Shown here piece after piece: positions 11,596-21,443 of a stretch of 64,000 bases of DNA. Origin of the DNA: an uncultured Gemmatimonadaceae bacterium. GTDB taxonomy: Bacteria > Gemmatimonadota > Gemmatimonadetes > Gemmatimonadales > Gemmatimonadaceae. Each line of letters opens with the position of its first letter. Position 1 is the first letter of the stretch. The position numbers were made by a program, and so were the translations under genes. The DNA is taken from the NCBI GenBank assembly GCA_963817955.1, contig CAWFQK010000002.1, positions 768,001 through 832,000 of the forward strand, given 5' to 3'. The notes beneath the pieces are model-generated. The model was not told the origin of the DNA. It was given only the letters and a program-made list of their open reading frames with translations, and searched no databases.

Positions 11596-12156
11596 CTACT
11601 TCCCCATTCGGCGTTTGAGCTCGTCCAAGCGCCGCGCGGCATCCGCCTCGCGGTCGGCGCGCATCCGCGCACGTCCGAGCGAGTCGATTTCATCGCGCAG
11701 TGCCGACGGTTCGGTATCGGGACCCTCGGCACCGCCGTCGAGCGCGGCCGACGCCGTGTGCGTGTCGCCGCCGGCAATCGCCGCCCTGAGCTCCGACGAC
11801 ATCGCATCGACGTCGCGTTCGCCCAGCGCGACCTCCGCCTCCTGTGCACTCACTTTCTGTCGCAGCACGTCGACGCGTTGGACGTGCATCTCCTCGTACT
11901 TCGCGGCAATGTCCACCGTTTCCTGATCGCCAATCCCCTCTGCGAGGTGCTTGCGCCGGCGCACCGTTTCGAGCTCATGCTCCTCGAGGGCAAGCCGCTG
12001 GCGTGCCTTCGCGAGCGCGTCGCGCAGATCGTCGAGACCCAATCGCGCCTGCACCAGCGTCTCCTTCATGCGCGACGCGACGGCGCGTCGCTCCTCGGGA
12101 CGTGTCGCGCGGCTCAGCAGTTCATCGAACGATCGTCGAAACCCGTCCAAGACCAT
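11596..12156 (-). CDS. Coiled-coil protein, PspA/IM30-like
   Basis: Heptad-rich helical sequence ending in the PspA-like ...AARRLDELKRRMGK. Confidence 0.55.
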   Translation of the reverse strand: MVLDGFRRSFDELLSRATRPEERRAVASRMKETLVQARLGLDDLRDALAKARQRLALEEHELETVRRRKHLAEGIGDQETVDIAAKYEEMHVQRVDVLRQKVSAQEAEVALGERDVDAMSSELRAAIAGGDTHTASAALDGGAEGPDTEPSALRDEIDSLGRARMRADREADAARRLDELKRRMGK

Positions 12157-12230
12157 GGGCGTTGGCTCGTGTGTGCAGACCCGTGTACGATACAGATTGC
12201 ATCGGTAGCCACGCAACCACACACTGATCG

Positions 12231-12953
12231 ATGAGCTTCGCTCCATTCGTTGTCGTCACAGCAACCACCGAGGTCATTCGCGACGTTTCCCGAGTCCGAG
12301 TGAACGAGGCGTACACCAATGCGCTCGCCGCGTCGGGTCTCATTCCCCTGGTTCTGCCGCCCCTCGCGGTGGACGTGGCGATCGCCGCGCTCGACCAGTT
12401 CGCGGGCCTCGTGCTTACGGGAGGCGAAGACGTCGACCCCTCGCTATTTGGCCAGCCTGCCCACGCGGCCACCGGCGCGCCGCACGCCAGGCGCGACTCA
12501 TACGAGATCGCGCTCGCTCGTGCCGCGTTCGAGCGTCGCGTGCCGACCCTGGCAATCTGCCGCGGCGCGCAGGTCATTAACGTTGCACACGGCGGCACGT
12601 TGCTGCAGGACATTCCATCGCAACACCCTGGTGCGCTCGAGCACGATCCGCTCAAACGAGCCGAACGCGTTCACCGCGTACTCATCACCCCCAACTCACG
12701 ACTCGCCCGTATCACCGGAGCGACGTCTATCTCCACCAACTCCTCGCATCACCAGTCGATCGACACCCTCGGCGCAAACCTCTGCGTCACCGCGAGAAGC
12801 GACGACGGGATCGTTGAGGCCGTAGAATCGGTCGACCACGCTTGGTGGATGGTGGCGGTGCAATGGCATCCGGAAGAGCTGACGACCACGGCAGAGGATT
12901 GGGACCGTCGAATATTCACCGCGTTCGCAGACGCCGTGCGCGGGCGCGATTGA
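12231..12953 (+). CDS. Gamma-glutamyl-gamma-aminobutyrate hydrolase family (peptidase C26, class I glutamine amidotransferase)
   Basis: LTGGEDVDP, AICRGAQ, NSSHHQ, VQWHPE catalytic motifs. Confidence 0.92.
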   Translation: MSFAPFVVVTATTEVIRDVSRVRVNEAYTNALAASGLIPLVLPPLAVDVAIAALDQFAGLVLTGGEDVDPSLFGQPAHAATGAPHARRDSYEIALARAAFERRVPTLAICRGAQVINVAHGGTLLQDIPSQHPGALEHDPLKRAERVHRVLITPNSRLARITGATSISTNSSHHQSIDTLGANLCVTARSDDGIVEAVESVDHAWWMVAVQWHPEELTTTAEDWDRRIFTAFADAVRGRD

Positions 12954-12969
12954 GCGTGGCCTAGTCAGC

Positions 12970-13698
12970 TCACGTGGACCGCCACCGTGTGTCGTCCCGC
13001 ACTTGCCGCATGAGTCGCTCGGGCGTGTGCACGTTCGGAAAGAACAGCGCGTCGCTCACCCCATTGAGGGCAGTCCGGAGCAACCCGAAGCGCTCCGCGG
13101 CGCTGGCGTACAGCACCGATAAGCCGTGCTCTTCGGCCAGACGGTGGTCGGCGGCGAGCTGAAAACCACGCCGTCCCATGTCCTCGTAGTACTCCATGTC
13201 CGGGCCGCCGCGGCGCCACCGCCGCTGCTCGATGTAATCCGGAAAGATGCCGCTCAGCCAGAGCGCGTAATTTCCAAGATGGGCCCGTACGAGGAAACTC
13301 CGCCGCGGGTCGCGATCGTCCAGGTCGTCGCAGAGGGCCACGATCGCATCGTATACCTCGTCGTCAAATTCATCGATCCGTCGAGCGCGATCGCGAACCC
13401 CAAAGTTGACGACAATGGCTGTCACATAATCGGCGAGCGCGCGATCGTTCTCCCCGGCCTTCCGCAACGCATTGCGGATCATCACATACGCAAACAGGCT
13501 GAGTGATGCTTGCGCGGCCCGTGGGTGGCGCAGAAGGGCGGCGGGTAATCGCGGATCGTCCAGAACGGCATCGATGCCCTGGTTGGCAAGCTTCGCCTCC
13601 AGTTCCGCGAGGTCGACCGCGGAATCGAGGGCCAGGAGTCGAGCAGCGAGTTGCGCATCGTCTCTGGTCAAGCGATGACGAGTGTCGGCGAGAATCAT
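12970..13698 (-). CDS. Conserved hypothetical protein
   Basis: 242-aa ORF with GGAG RBS; HLGNYALWLSGIFPDY motif; function not recognised. Confidence 0.75.
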   Translation of the reverse strand: MILADTRHRLTRDDAQLAARLLALDSAVDLAELEAKLANQGIDAVLDDPRLPAALLRHPRAAQASLSLFAYVMIRNALRKAGENDRALADYVTAIVVNFGVRDRARRIDEFDDEVYDAIVALCDDLDDRDPRRSFLVRAHLGNYALWLSGIFPDYIEQRRWRRGGPDMEYYEDMGRRGFQLAADHRLAEEHGLSVLYASAAERFGLLRTALNGVSDALFFPNVHTPERLMRQVRDDTRWRST

Positions 13699-13858
13699 CT
13701 CTCCTCCATTTCACCGAGTCATAGCGGATCGCTGCCGCGGCCGGCGCGAGCCGTTGCCGCTCGCAAAAGCAGCAATCGTTCCGCCCGGCGGCAGCGTTTA
13801 CCATTCCCTATTCGGGAGACGAACTCGGCAACACAGTGCCACAAAACCGGCAGCACTC

Positions 13859-13873
13859 TGGCAGTGTGATTGC
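13859..13873 (+). promoter_or_regulatory. Candidate sigma-54 (-24/-12) promoter
   Basis: TGGCAG-TGTGA-TTGC has exact GG-N10-GC spacing and points toward the glycosyltransferase operon. Confidence 0.45.
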
Positions 13874-14021
13874 CAGCCGCAACGCGCCACCCAGGGACTT
13901 GGAAGGATCCACACCGACCGACGAGATAGGCCGAGTGTAGCAGGACGGGTGGCTCACCGGTCGCCCCGTCCCTAACTTTGGACACAGCGGCCGCGGTCGC
14001 TGCCCCTTCGAAGGATCCTCG

Positions 14022-14759
14022 GTGCTGTACATCTGCATTCCCGCATACAACGAAGCTCAAACGATCGGCGTGTTACTCTGGCGCATCCGCAAGGTGTTCC
14101 AGGAGTACTCGCGCGAGTATGAGATACTCGTCTACAACGACGGTAGCACCGACGCGACGGTGGAGACCCTCCAGCCGTATGGCGACGTGCTCCCGCTCGC
14201 CGTGCTCGGTGGCCCGGAACACGTCGGCTACGATCGGGCGCTCGATGCCTTGTGCCGCGCCGTGTCGGCGCGTACCAAGTATCCGCGCCGCGATGCCATG
14301 ATCACCCTGCAGGCCGACTTCACAGACCAGCCCGAGCATCTCCCGGAGCTCATCAAGCGCTTTGAAGGCGGCGCCGATCTCGTCGTCGGCGAACGCACTG
14401 TTTCCGCCACCACACCGGCGCCGGTCCGGCGCCTCCGATGGATTGCCTCATTGGCGGCACGGACGGGGGGCAATGTGCCCGGCGTGAGCGACCCGTTCGG
14501 GGCCATGCGACTCTATCGCATCACGCTCATCCGCGATCTCCTCAAGGAATCGGGTGACGCGCCGATCGTGCAGGGGCAGCCGTGGGCGGCGAACCTTGCG
14601 TTACTGCGCCGCGCCGCGCCCCTCGCCCGCCGCCTGGAGACCGTCGCGCTCGATCAGCGGTACGACGTTCGCGAGCGCGAGACGCGGATCCGCCCATGGT
14701 CTGACGGCCTTGCGCTGTTCCGCGTTCGCCGGGTGGCGGCGCGCAAGGCGACGTTGTGA
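14022..14759 (+). CDS. Glycosyltransferase family 2 protein
   Basis: YICIPAYNEA, ILVYNDGSTDAT, LQADF (DxD-like), GADLVVGER. Confidence 0.85.
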   Translation: MLYICIPAYNEAQTIGVLLWRIRKVFQEYSREYEILVYNDGSTDATVETLQPYGDVLPLAVLGGPEHVGYDRALDALCRAVSARTKYPRRDAMITLQADFTDQPEHLPELIKRFEGGADLVVGERTVSATTPAPVRRLRWIASLAARTGGNVPGVSDPFGAMRLYRITLIRDLLKESGDAPIVQGQPWAANLALLRRAAPLARRLETVALDQRYDVRERETRIRPWSDGLALFRVRRVAARKATL

Positions 14760-15541
14760 ACCAGTGGGTGCGGCGCGCGGCCCTCACGGCGCTGCTGGTC
14801 ACGCCCCCCCTGAGCGCGCAGGAGCCGTCACCGTCCGGTGCGGCACGGGTGCCGTTCGGCGTCGGCGAGCGCCTCGAGTACGACATTCGCTTCGGCAGCA
14901 TCCATGTCGGATCGGGCAACATGGAAGTGCTGCCCATGGACACCGTGCGCGGTCGTGATACCTGGCACACCATCTTTCGTCTGAGCGGCGGCATCCCGTT
15001 CTACCATGTCAACGATCGCTACGAAAGCTGGATCGACACGCACACGCTTGCATCGCTGCGCTACTGGCAGGACATCGACGAAGGCACGTACGAGCCCAAA
15101 CGCCACTACGAGATCTATCCCGAGCGGCGAGAGTACATCGAAAGCGACAAGGCACCGCAGCCCAGTGTCGATCGACCGCTGGACGATGGCTCATTCGTGT
15201 ATTTCCTGCGCACCATCCCGCTGCGCATCGGTCTCGACACGACGTTCAACAACTATTTCAGGTTGGACCGCAACCCAGTGCGGATTCGCGTCATTCGTCG
15301 TGAAACCGTAACGGTGCCGGCTGGCACTTTCATGGCCCTCGTCGTACAACCAGTGATCAACGCCAAGGGCATCTTCAGTGAAGGCGGCGACGCACAGGTC
15401 TGGCTTTCCGACGATGCCAACCGCATCATGCTGCAGATGAAGTCGAACGTGAAGTTTGGGTCCCTCAACCTATACCTCAAATCGTACCACCCCGCCCCCA
15501 CAGCCCCAGCAGCGGTCCCACGCAAGCCGCCGACCCGCTGA
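14756..15541 (+). CDS. Exported protein, DUF3108-like
   Basis: Signal peptide; FGVGERLEY, ETVTVPAGTF, VWLSDD motifs. Confidence 0.7.
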   Translation: MNQWVRRAALTALLVTPPLSAQEPSPSGAARVPFGVGERLEYDIRFGSIHVGSGNMEVLPMDTVRGRDTWHTIFRLSGGIPFYHVNDRYESWIDTHTLASLRYWQDIDEGTYEPKRHYEIYPERREYIESDKAPQPSVDRPLDDGSFVYFLRTIPLRIGLDTTFNNYFRLDRNPVRIRVIRRETVTVPAGTFMALVVQPVINAKGIFSEGGDAQVWLSDDANRIMLQMKSNVKFGSLNLYLKSYHPAPTAPAAVPRKPPTR

Positions 15542-15582
15542 CTCCGCGAGAGGCGGATCTCTCCGCCATTCGAACCGTTCCG

Positions 15583-16500
15583 GTGGCGCGGCGTCCCAAC
15601 AAGGTGAGCGCCGTCGAATTCGCGCACCCGCCGCGTGACGATCGCTCGTTCGCCGCATTCATCGACTCGTTGCCCCACGTGCTGGTCGCGCGCGACTTTC
15701 GCGCCGTCGTGGACGCCATCGTTGCGGCCACTCGCGCCCATCGAGGCGTCATCGTCATGCTCGGCGGGCATGTCGTAAAAACCGGGCTCGCCCCGCTCCT
15801 CATCGATCTCATGCGCCGCGGCATCGTGACGCACCTCGCGATGAACGGCTCCGCGGCAATCCACGACTACGAGATCGCCCGGTTCGGCGCCACATCGGAA
15901 GACGTCGCTGCAGGGCTGCGCGACGGAACCTTCGGTATGGCCGACGAAACCGGGCGCGAAATGAACACCGCGTTCGTCCAAGGGATGGGAGAAGGCTACG
16001 GCATGGGCGAAGCCCTGGGTCGCGCGCTCCACGCGCGCTCCGACCTGGCGAACCCCGAGCTCTCGCTCTTGCTCAATGCCAACCAGTTGGGCGTCACGAC
16101 CACCGTTCACGCCGCCATTGGCGCCGAGATCATCCATCAGCATCCCGCGGCCAATGGCGCAGCGATTGGCGACACCAGCCATCGCGATTTCCGTCGCATG
16201 GCCGCGGCGCTCGTCGACATCGACGATGGCGGCGTGGTCCTCAACCTCGGCAGCGCCGTCATCATGCCCGAGGTATTTCTCAAGGCGCTCACCATCGCCC
16301 GAAATCTGAACGCCGGAAAACCGCAGAATTTCGTGACCGTAGATCTGGACATGCAACGGCATTACCGGCCGCGCATGAACGTCGTGCAACGCCCAACGCT
16401 CCACAGCGGCAGAGGCTACGAGATCACGGGTCACCACGAGATCATGGTGCCGCTACTGGCTTGGGCTGTGGTGGATCAGCTGATGCACGACACGAAATGA
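15583..16500 (+). CDS. Conserved protein with a deoxyhypusine-synthase-like fold (function unknown); start uncertain
   Basis: MLGGHVVKTGL, AMNGSAAIHD, LNLGSAVIMPEVFLKAL, ITGHHEIMVPLL. Confidence 0.6.
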   Translation: MARRPNKVSAVEFAHPPRDDRSFAAFIDSLPHVLVARDFRAVVDAIVAATRAHRGVIVMLGGHVVKTGLAPLLIDLMRRGIVTHLAMNGSAAIHDYEIARFGATSEDVAAGLRDGTFGMADETGREMNTAFVQGMGEGYGMGEALGRALHARSDLANPELSLLLNANQLGVTTTVHAAIGAEIIHQHPAANGAAIGDTSHRDFRRMAAALVDIDDGGVVLNLGSAVIMPEVFLKALTIARNLNAGKPQNFVTVDLDMQRHYRPRMNVVQRPTLHSGRGYEITGHHEIMVPLLAWAVVDQLMHDTK

Positions 16501-16535
16501 AGACGGCGGACGCAAAGCGTCCGCCGTCTTCATTT
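16495..16535. terminator. Bidirectional intrinsic terminator between convergent genes
   Basis: Perfect 19-bp stem aaatgaagacggcggacgc-aaa-gcgtccgccgtcttcattt. Confidence 0.85.
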
Positions 16536-16572
16536 CTCGAGCGGCCAGGAACCAGTGCCTAGCGTCCAGCTC

Positions 16573-16797
16573 TCACATCGCCGAGCCCGACCACCGCTCG
16601 CGCAAACGCCGCGCGGTTTCCGGACTGACGATTCGAATGATGAAATAGAGTACGAGTACGGCGATCGCGACCTTGATGGCGATGAACAACAGCCCCATGA
16701 ACAGGGCGATCGCGAAGCTGAAAATTCCAAAGATGAACTTGAGCGCGATGAGACCGAGCACAGCGAACAGCCCGATCGTAAAGATTGTGCGGAGCAT
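16573..16797 (-). CDS. Small membrane protein
   Basis: 74 aa, hydrophobic with two TM-like segments; GGAG upstream. Confidence 0.7.
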   Translation of the reverse strand: MLRTIFTIGLFAVLGLIALKFIFGIFSFAIALFMGLLFIAIKVAIAVLVLYFIIRIVSPETARRLRERWSGSAM

Positions 16798-17168
16798 GCT
16801 GAGGTCTCCCGTATGTCGAAGGTCCTACTTAATCGGTCCTACGGCGTGCCGCGCGCGGAGGTTTCAGCGGCTGCCATCCGGTCGAACGATACATGACGAA
16901 CCCGGCTTTGAGGCGTCCCGCATCTCCGCAGCAGTAATCGGCGACGGTCTGATCGGTCTGTCAACCGCTCGCCCCGAAAGCTGCATTCCCATGGAATTAG
17001 CGCGAGATCGCGGCTAACTGTCTACCGCTGATGCAGCGGGTTAAGCGGTGCTACCCCTACTTGGCCATGGGGATAGATTATGCGTTCTCAATGGGCTCCG
17101 CCTCGTCACCGCTCGGTTCGCCGACGCGCACGTGCGTTCGCACGCCAACTTTTTCGCCTCCAGGACAC

Positions 17169-18086
17169 ATGGGCGATACCCTATATCAGATCACTGGCCG
17201 CCACCGCGCTGAACCGCTGCCGAACCGCAAGCCAGGCTGGCTGAAGGTCAAGGCACCCGGCGGCTCGCAGTACCTCCAGATCAAGCACATGATGCGCGAG
17301 CTCAAGCTCCACACCGTCTGCGAGGAGGCCCACTGCCCGAATGTCGGCGAGTGCTGGGATCACGGCACCGCCACCTTCATGATCCTTGGAGACGTCTGTA
17401 CGCGGAACTGCGCCTATTGCGCTGTGTCCCACGGGCGGCCGCCGAAGTACGATATCGAAGAGCCGAATCGCGTCGCTCACGCCATTGGCGAGATGCGCCT
17501 CAAGCACGCGGTCATCACGTCAGTGGACCGCGACGACCTTTCCGACTATGGCGCGTACATCTTCGCCGAGACGATCCGGCAGATCAAGCATCGCCTTCCC
17601 GACTGCTCGGTGGAGGTGCTCGTCCCTGACTTCCAGGGAAACGAAGACTCCATCCGGACCGTACTCGAAGCCGAGCCCGACATCTATAACCACAACACCG
17701 AGACCGTTCCGCGACTCTACAAGCGCTGTCGGCCCGGCGGTCGGTACGAGCGGGTGATGCAGATCTTCCGTACCGCCAAACGCATCGCGCCGCACATTCC
17801 GACCAAGTCGGGCATCATTCTCGGGATGGGTGAGACGCTCGAGGAGGTCGAGATCGTGATGCGCGATCTCCGCGACGTGGACGTGGACATTCTGACACTT
17901 GGCCAGTACCTCCGCCCATCGGATTCACACATTCCGATCGACCGGTACGTGACGCCAGAGGAGTTCCGCCGCATGCATGATTTCGGCATGTCGATCGGGT
18001 TCAAACACGTGGAGGCGGCACCGCTCGTGCGCTCGAGCTACCACGCCTGGGAGCAGATACAGGCGGCGCGACAGCCCACCGCGTAA
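17169..18086 (+). CDS. lipA: Lipoyl synthase
   Basis: CEEAHCPNVGEC and CTRNCAYC cluster motifs; VRSSYHA. Confidence 0.97.
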   Translation: MGDTLYQITGRHRAEPLPNRKPGWLKVKAPGGSQYLQIKHMMRELKLHTVCEEAHCPNVGECWDHGTATFMILGDVCTRNCAYCAVSHGRPPKYDIEEPNRVAHAIGEMRLKHAVITSVDRDDLSDYGAYIFAETIRQIKHRLPDCSVEVLVPDFQGNEDSIRTVLEAEPDIYNHNTETVPRLYKRCRPGGRYERVMQIFRTAKRIAPHIPTKSGIILGMGETLEEVEIVMRDLRDVDVDILTLGQYLRPSDSHIPIDRYVTPEEFRRMHDFGMSIGFKHVEAAPLVRSSYHAWEQIQAARQPTA

Positions 18087-19099
18087 TGGCAAAGAAGAAA
18101 CCGAATTCCGGCGGGGCACCCGACACGAAATCGAACGCGGAGCTCGACCGCGAGCTGCTGCATTCCATGCTCCTGCAGCGCCGCTTCGAAGAGCGCACGG
18201 CAGAAGCGTACGCGCTCGGCAAGATCGGCGGCTTCTGTCATCTGTACATTGGCCAGGAAGCGGTGAGCACCGGCGCACTATCGGTGCTGCGCCCGGACGA
18301 CTACGTCATTACCACCTATCGCGACCACGGGCAGGCGTTGGCGCGAGGCATGAAGCCGCGCACGGTGATGTCCGAGCTATTCGGCCGCATCGACGGGTGT
18401 GCGCATGGCAAGGGCGGCTCCATGCACATGTTCGACAAGAGCATCAACTTCCTCGGCGGACATGGCATCGTCGGCGCAAACGTGCCGCTCGCAACGGGCG
18501 TGGGCTTCGCGATCAAGTACCGCGGCGGGGATCAAGTCATTGCCTGCTTCATGGGCGAGTCGGTCGCCAACACGGGCGCGTTCCACGAGTCGCTGAACAT
18601 GGCGGGACTCTGGAAGCTCCCCGTCATCTACGTGATCGAGAATAACCGATACGGCATGGGCACGGCTCTCGAGCGTGCCTCCGCCATTCACGACGTGTAC
18701 CAGCGCGGGGCATCATACAACATTCCGCGGGGCCAGTGCGACGGTCAGGACGTGTTCGCCGTGCGCGCCGCGATGGCCGAAGCCGTCGACCGCGCGCGCA
18801 CGCAGTCGCTCCCCACACTCCTCGAGGTACGCACCTACCGCTTCATGGGACACTCGATGTCCGACGCGGTGAGCGGCACCTATCGCTCCAAGGCTGAGCT
18901 CGACGAATACATGAAGCGCGACCCGATCGTGCTGCTGCGGATGCACATGCACGAGCAAGGCGAGATCACCGACGAGCAGATCCAGAAACTCGATGAGGAG
19001 ATCAAGGCCACCGTGCAGGACGCCTGGGACTTCGCCGAAGCCAGTCCCGAACCGCCGCTGGAAGCGCTCTTTGAAGATGTGCTCGTCGACACCCAGTAA
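18086..19099 (+). CDS. pdhA: Pyruvate dehydrogenase E1 alpha subunit
   Basis: GFCHLYIGQEA, GKGGSMHM, YRFMGHSMSD. Confidence 0.95.
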   Translation: MAKKKPNSGGAPDTKSNAELDRELLHSMLLQRRFEERTAEAYALGKIGGFCHLYIGQEAVSTGALSVLRPDDYVITTYRDHGQALARGMKPRTVMSELFGRIDGCAHGKGGSMHMFDKSINFLGGHGIVGANVPLATGVGFAIKYRGGDQVIACFMGESVANTGAFHESLNMAGLWKLPVIYVIENNRYGMGTALERASAIHDVYQRGASYNIPRGQCDGQDVFAVRAAMAEAVDRARTQSLPTLLEVRTYRFMGHSMSDAVSGTYRSKAELDEYMKRDPIVLLRMHMHEQGEITDEQIQKLDEEIKATVQDAWDFAEASPEPPLEALFEDVLVDTQ

Positions 19100-19116
19100 C
19101 CATTGACCAGCCGCCC

Positions 19117-20097
19117 GTGCCTGTAATCACCTACCGAGACGCCCTCAATCAGGCGCTGCGCGAAGAAATGCAGCGCGACGATCGCGTCTTCCTCATGGGC
19201 GAGGAAGTCGCGGTCTACCAGGGCGCTTACAAGGTCTCCAAAGGCCTGCTCCAGGAGTTCGGCGAGATGCGCGTGGTGGACACGCCGATCACCGAGCTCG
19301 GGTTCGCCGGCGTCGGCGTCGGGGCGGCCATGGTCGGTCTGCGCCCGATCATCGAGTTCATGACGTGGAATTTCGCGGTGCTCGCGCTCGATCAGGTCAT
19401 CAACTCCGCAGCCAAGTTGCTGTACATGTCGGGGGGGCAGTTCAACATCCCGATCGTCTTCCGCGGTCCCAATGGCGCAGCGCTGCAGCTCTCCGCGCAG
19501 CACTCACAAGCCTTCGAATCGTGGCTTGCCCACATCCCTGGCCTGAAGGTGGTCGCGCCGGGTACGCCGTACGACGCCAAGGGCCTGCTCAAGGCCGCAA
19601 TAAGGGACGACAATCCCGTCTGCTTTCTCGAGGGAGAGATGTTGTACAACACCAAGGGCGAAGTGCCCGAGGAAGAGTACGTCATCCCCCTTGGCAAGGC
19701 CGACCTCAAGCGTGAAGGCGACGCCTGCTCGATCATCACCAGCGGCAAGATGGCGCTCGTCGCCATGCAGGCTGCCGATCAGCTCGCGAAGGACGGCATC
19801 AAGGTTGACGTCGTGGATCTGCGCACGATTCGTCCCATGGATGTACAAGCAATCAAGGCATCGGTGGAGAAGACGAACCGTGCCGTGGTGCTCGAGGAAG
19901 GATGGGAGCTCTGCGGCATCGGCGCACAGGTGGTGGACTACATTCAGCGCGACTGCTTCGACAGCCTCGATGCCCCGGTCATCCGCGTGCACCAGGCCGA
20001 CGTGCCAATGCCGTATGCCAAGAACCTGGAACGGGCGGCGAAGCCCGATGCCGCAAAGACAATCGCGGCGATCCGCAAAGTCATGTACCTCGACTGA
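19117..20097 (+). CDS. pdhB: Pyruvate dehydrogenase E1 beta subunit
   Basis: [30 protein letters not shown]. Confidence 0.95.
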   Translation: MPVITYRDALNQALREEMQRDDRVFLMGEEVAVYQGAYKVSKGLLQEFGEMRVVDTPITELGFAGVGVGAAMVGLRPIIEFMTWNFAVLALDQVINSAAKLLYMSGGQFNIPIVFRGPNGAALQLSAQHSQAFESWLAHIPGLKVVAPGTPYDAKGLLKAAIRDDNPVCFLEGEMLYNTKGEVPEEEYVIPLGKADLKREGDACSIITSGKMALVAMQAADQLAKDGIKVDVVDLRTIRPMDVQAIKASVEKTNRAVVLEEGWELCGIGAQVVDYIQRDCFDSLDAPVIRVHQADVPMPYAKNLERAAKPDAAKTIAAIRKVMYLD

Positions 20098-20098
20098 T

Positions 20099-21343
20099 AT
20101 GGCGACGAAAGTGTTCATGGAGGCGCTCTCTCCCACGATGGAAGAGGGACGTCTCGTCAAGTGGCTGAAGAACGAAGGCGACGTGGTGAAGAACGGCGAG
20201 CCACTCGCCGAAGTCGAGACCGACAAGGCGATCATGGAGCTCGTGGCGCGCGGCGACGGTGTGCTGCGCAAGCGACTCGTGCCCGAGGGTGAATCGCGTC
20301 CCGTTGGTCAGCTCGTTGGCGTGATCGCGGCAGCCGACGAGAACATCGACGCGCTCATTTCAGGTACAGCTTCGCCAGGGGCGCCGGCCCCGGCCCCAGC
20401 CGCGAAGCCCGCCGAGTCTCAGGGCGAAGCGTCCGTCCCGCCACCACCGAAAGAGCAATCTGCTGGAGACGGTGGCCACGTGCGCTCCTCGCCGCTCGCG
20501 CGCCGCATGGCGTCGGAGCGCGGAGTCGACCTGGCGCATCTCCAGGGCTCTGGCCCCGGTGGTCGCATCATCAAGCGCGACATCGAGAGCGCGGCAAGCG
20601 GTCCGGCAGCCACCGCCGTGAGTCGCCCATCGCCGATCACGCCGCGCCCAGCGGTCACTGGCGACTACCAGGACGTCGCGCTCACGCAGATCCGCAAGAC
20701 GATCGCCAAGCGTCTCTCGGAGTCCATCGGCCCCATTCCGACATTCTATCTCACCGCGGAATTCGATCTGTCGCGCGTCACCGAGATGCGCGCCGCGATG
20801 GCCGAGTTGGGTGACGAGTTCAAGGTCTCGGTCAACGACATCCTCATGAAGGCCGTGGCCACCGCGCTGGCGCAGCATCCAGAGGTCAACGCGCACTGGC
20901 TGGGCGACAAGATCCGCCATCACCATCGCGTACACCTCGGCATGGCCGTGGCCACGAATGATGGCCTCATCGTGCCGGTCATCTTCGACGCCGATCAGAA
21001 GCGGATGAGCGAGATCTCGCGGGATGCCAAGGAGCTCGCCAAGCGAGCGCGCGACCGGAAGCTCACGCCCGAGGAGTACACCGGCTCGACCTTCTCGATC
21101 TCGAACCTCGGCATGTTCGGCATCGAGCAATTCACGGCAATCATCAATCCGCCCGAGGTGGCGATCCTCGCCATCGGTACCGCCGAGGATGTCGTCGTGC
21201 CCAATGGTGATGAGCTCGCGATCCGCAAGCGCGTGCGCGTGACAATGAGCTGCGACCATCGCGCCGTGGACGGCGCCGTCGGCGCGAGATTCCTGCAGAC
21301 GCTGCGACGACTTGTTGAGAATCCACTGATGTTGGTGTTCTAG
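20099..21343 (+). CDS. pdhC: Dihydrolipoamide acetyltransferase E2 with a single lipoyl domain
   Basis: [13 protein letters not shown] lipoyl site, [16 protein letters not shown]. Confidence 0.95.
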   Translation: MATKVFMEALSPTMEEGRLVKWLKNEGDVVKNGEPLAEVETDKAIMELVARGDGVLRKRLVPEGESRPVGQLVGVIAAADENIDALISGTASPGAPAPAPAAKPAESQGEASVPPPPKEQSAGDGGHVRSSPLARRMASERGVDLAHLQGSGPGGRIIKRDIESAASGPAATAVSRPSPITPRPAVTGDYQDVALTQIRKTIAKRLSESIGPIPTFYLTAEFDLSRVTEMRAAMAELGDEFKVSVNDILMKAVATALAQHPEVNAHWLGDKIRHHHRVHLGMAVATNDGLIVPVIFDADQKRMSEISRDAKELAKRARDRKLTPEEYTGSTFSISNLGMFGIEQFTAIINPPEVAILAIGTAEDVVVPNGDELAIRKRVRVTMSCDHRAVDGAVGARFLQTLRRLVENPLMLVF

Positions 21344-21443
21344 ATCCCTTCAGCAATCTCGCCGCGCTTCCAAACCTCGGTATCTTTCGTGTTTGTCGCT
21401 CGGTCGAGCGTCCTTCTACTGCCTGGTACGCAATCAAGAATTT

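Noticed and set aside
13828..13841. Minus-strand sigma-54 promoter TGGCAC-TGTG-TTGC
   Set aside because: Spacing is GG-N9-GC, one base short of the required N10
13811..13975. Known housekeeping RNA or riboswitch (RNase P, SRP, tmRNA, SAM-I, ZTP)
   Set aside because: Only short chance resemblances; the defining motifs are missing. Kept only as an unclassified structured candidate
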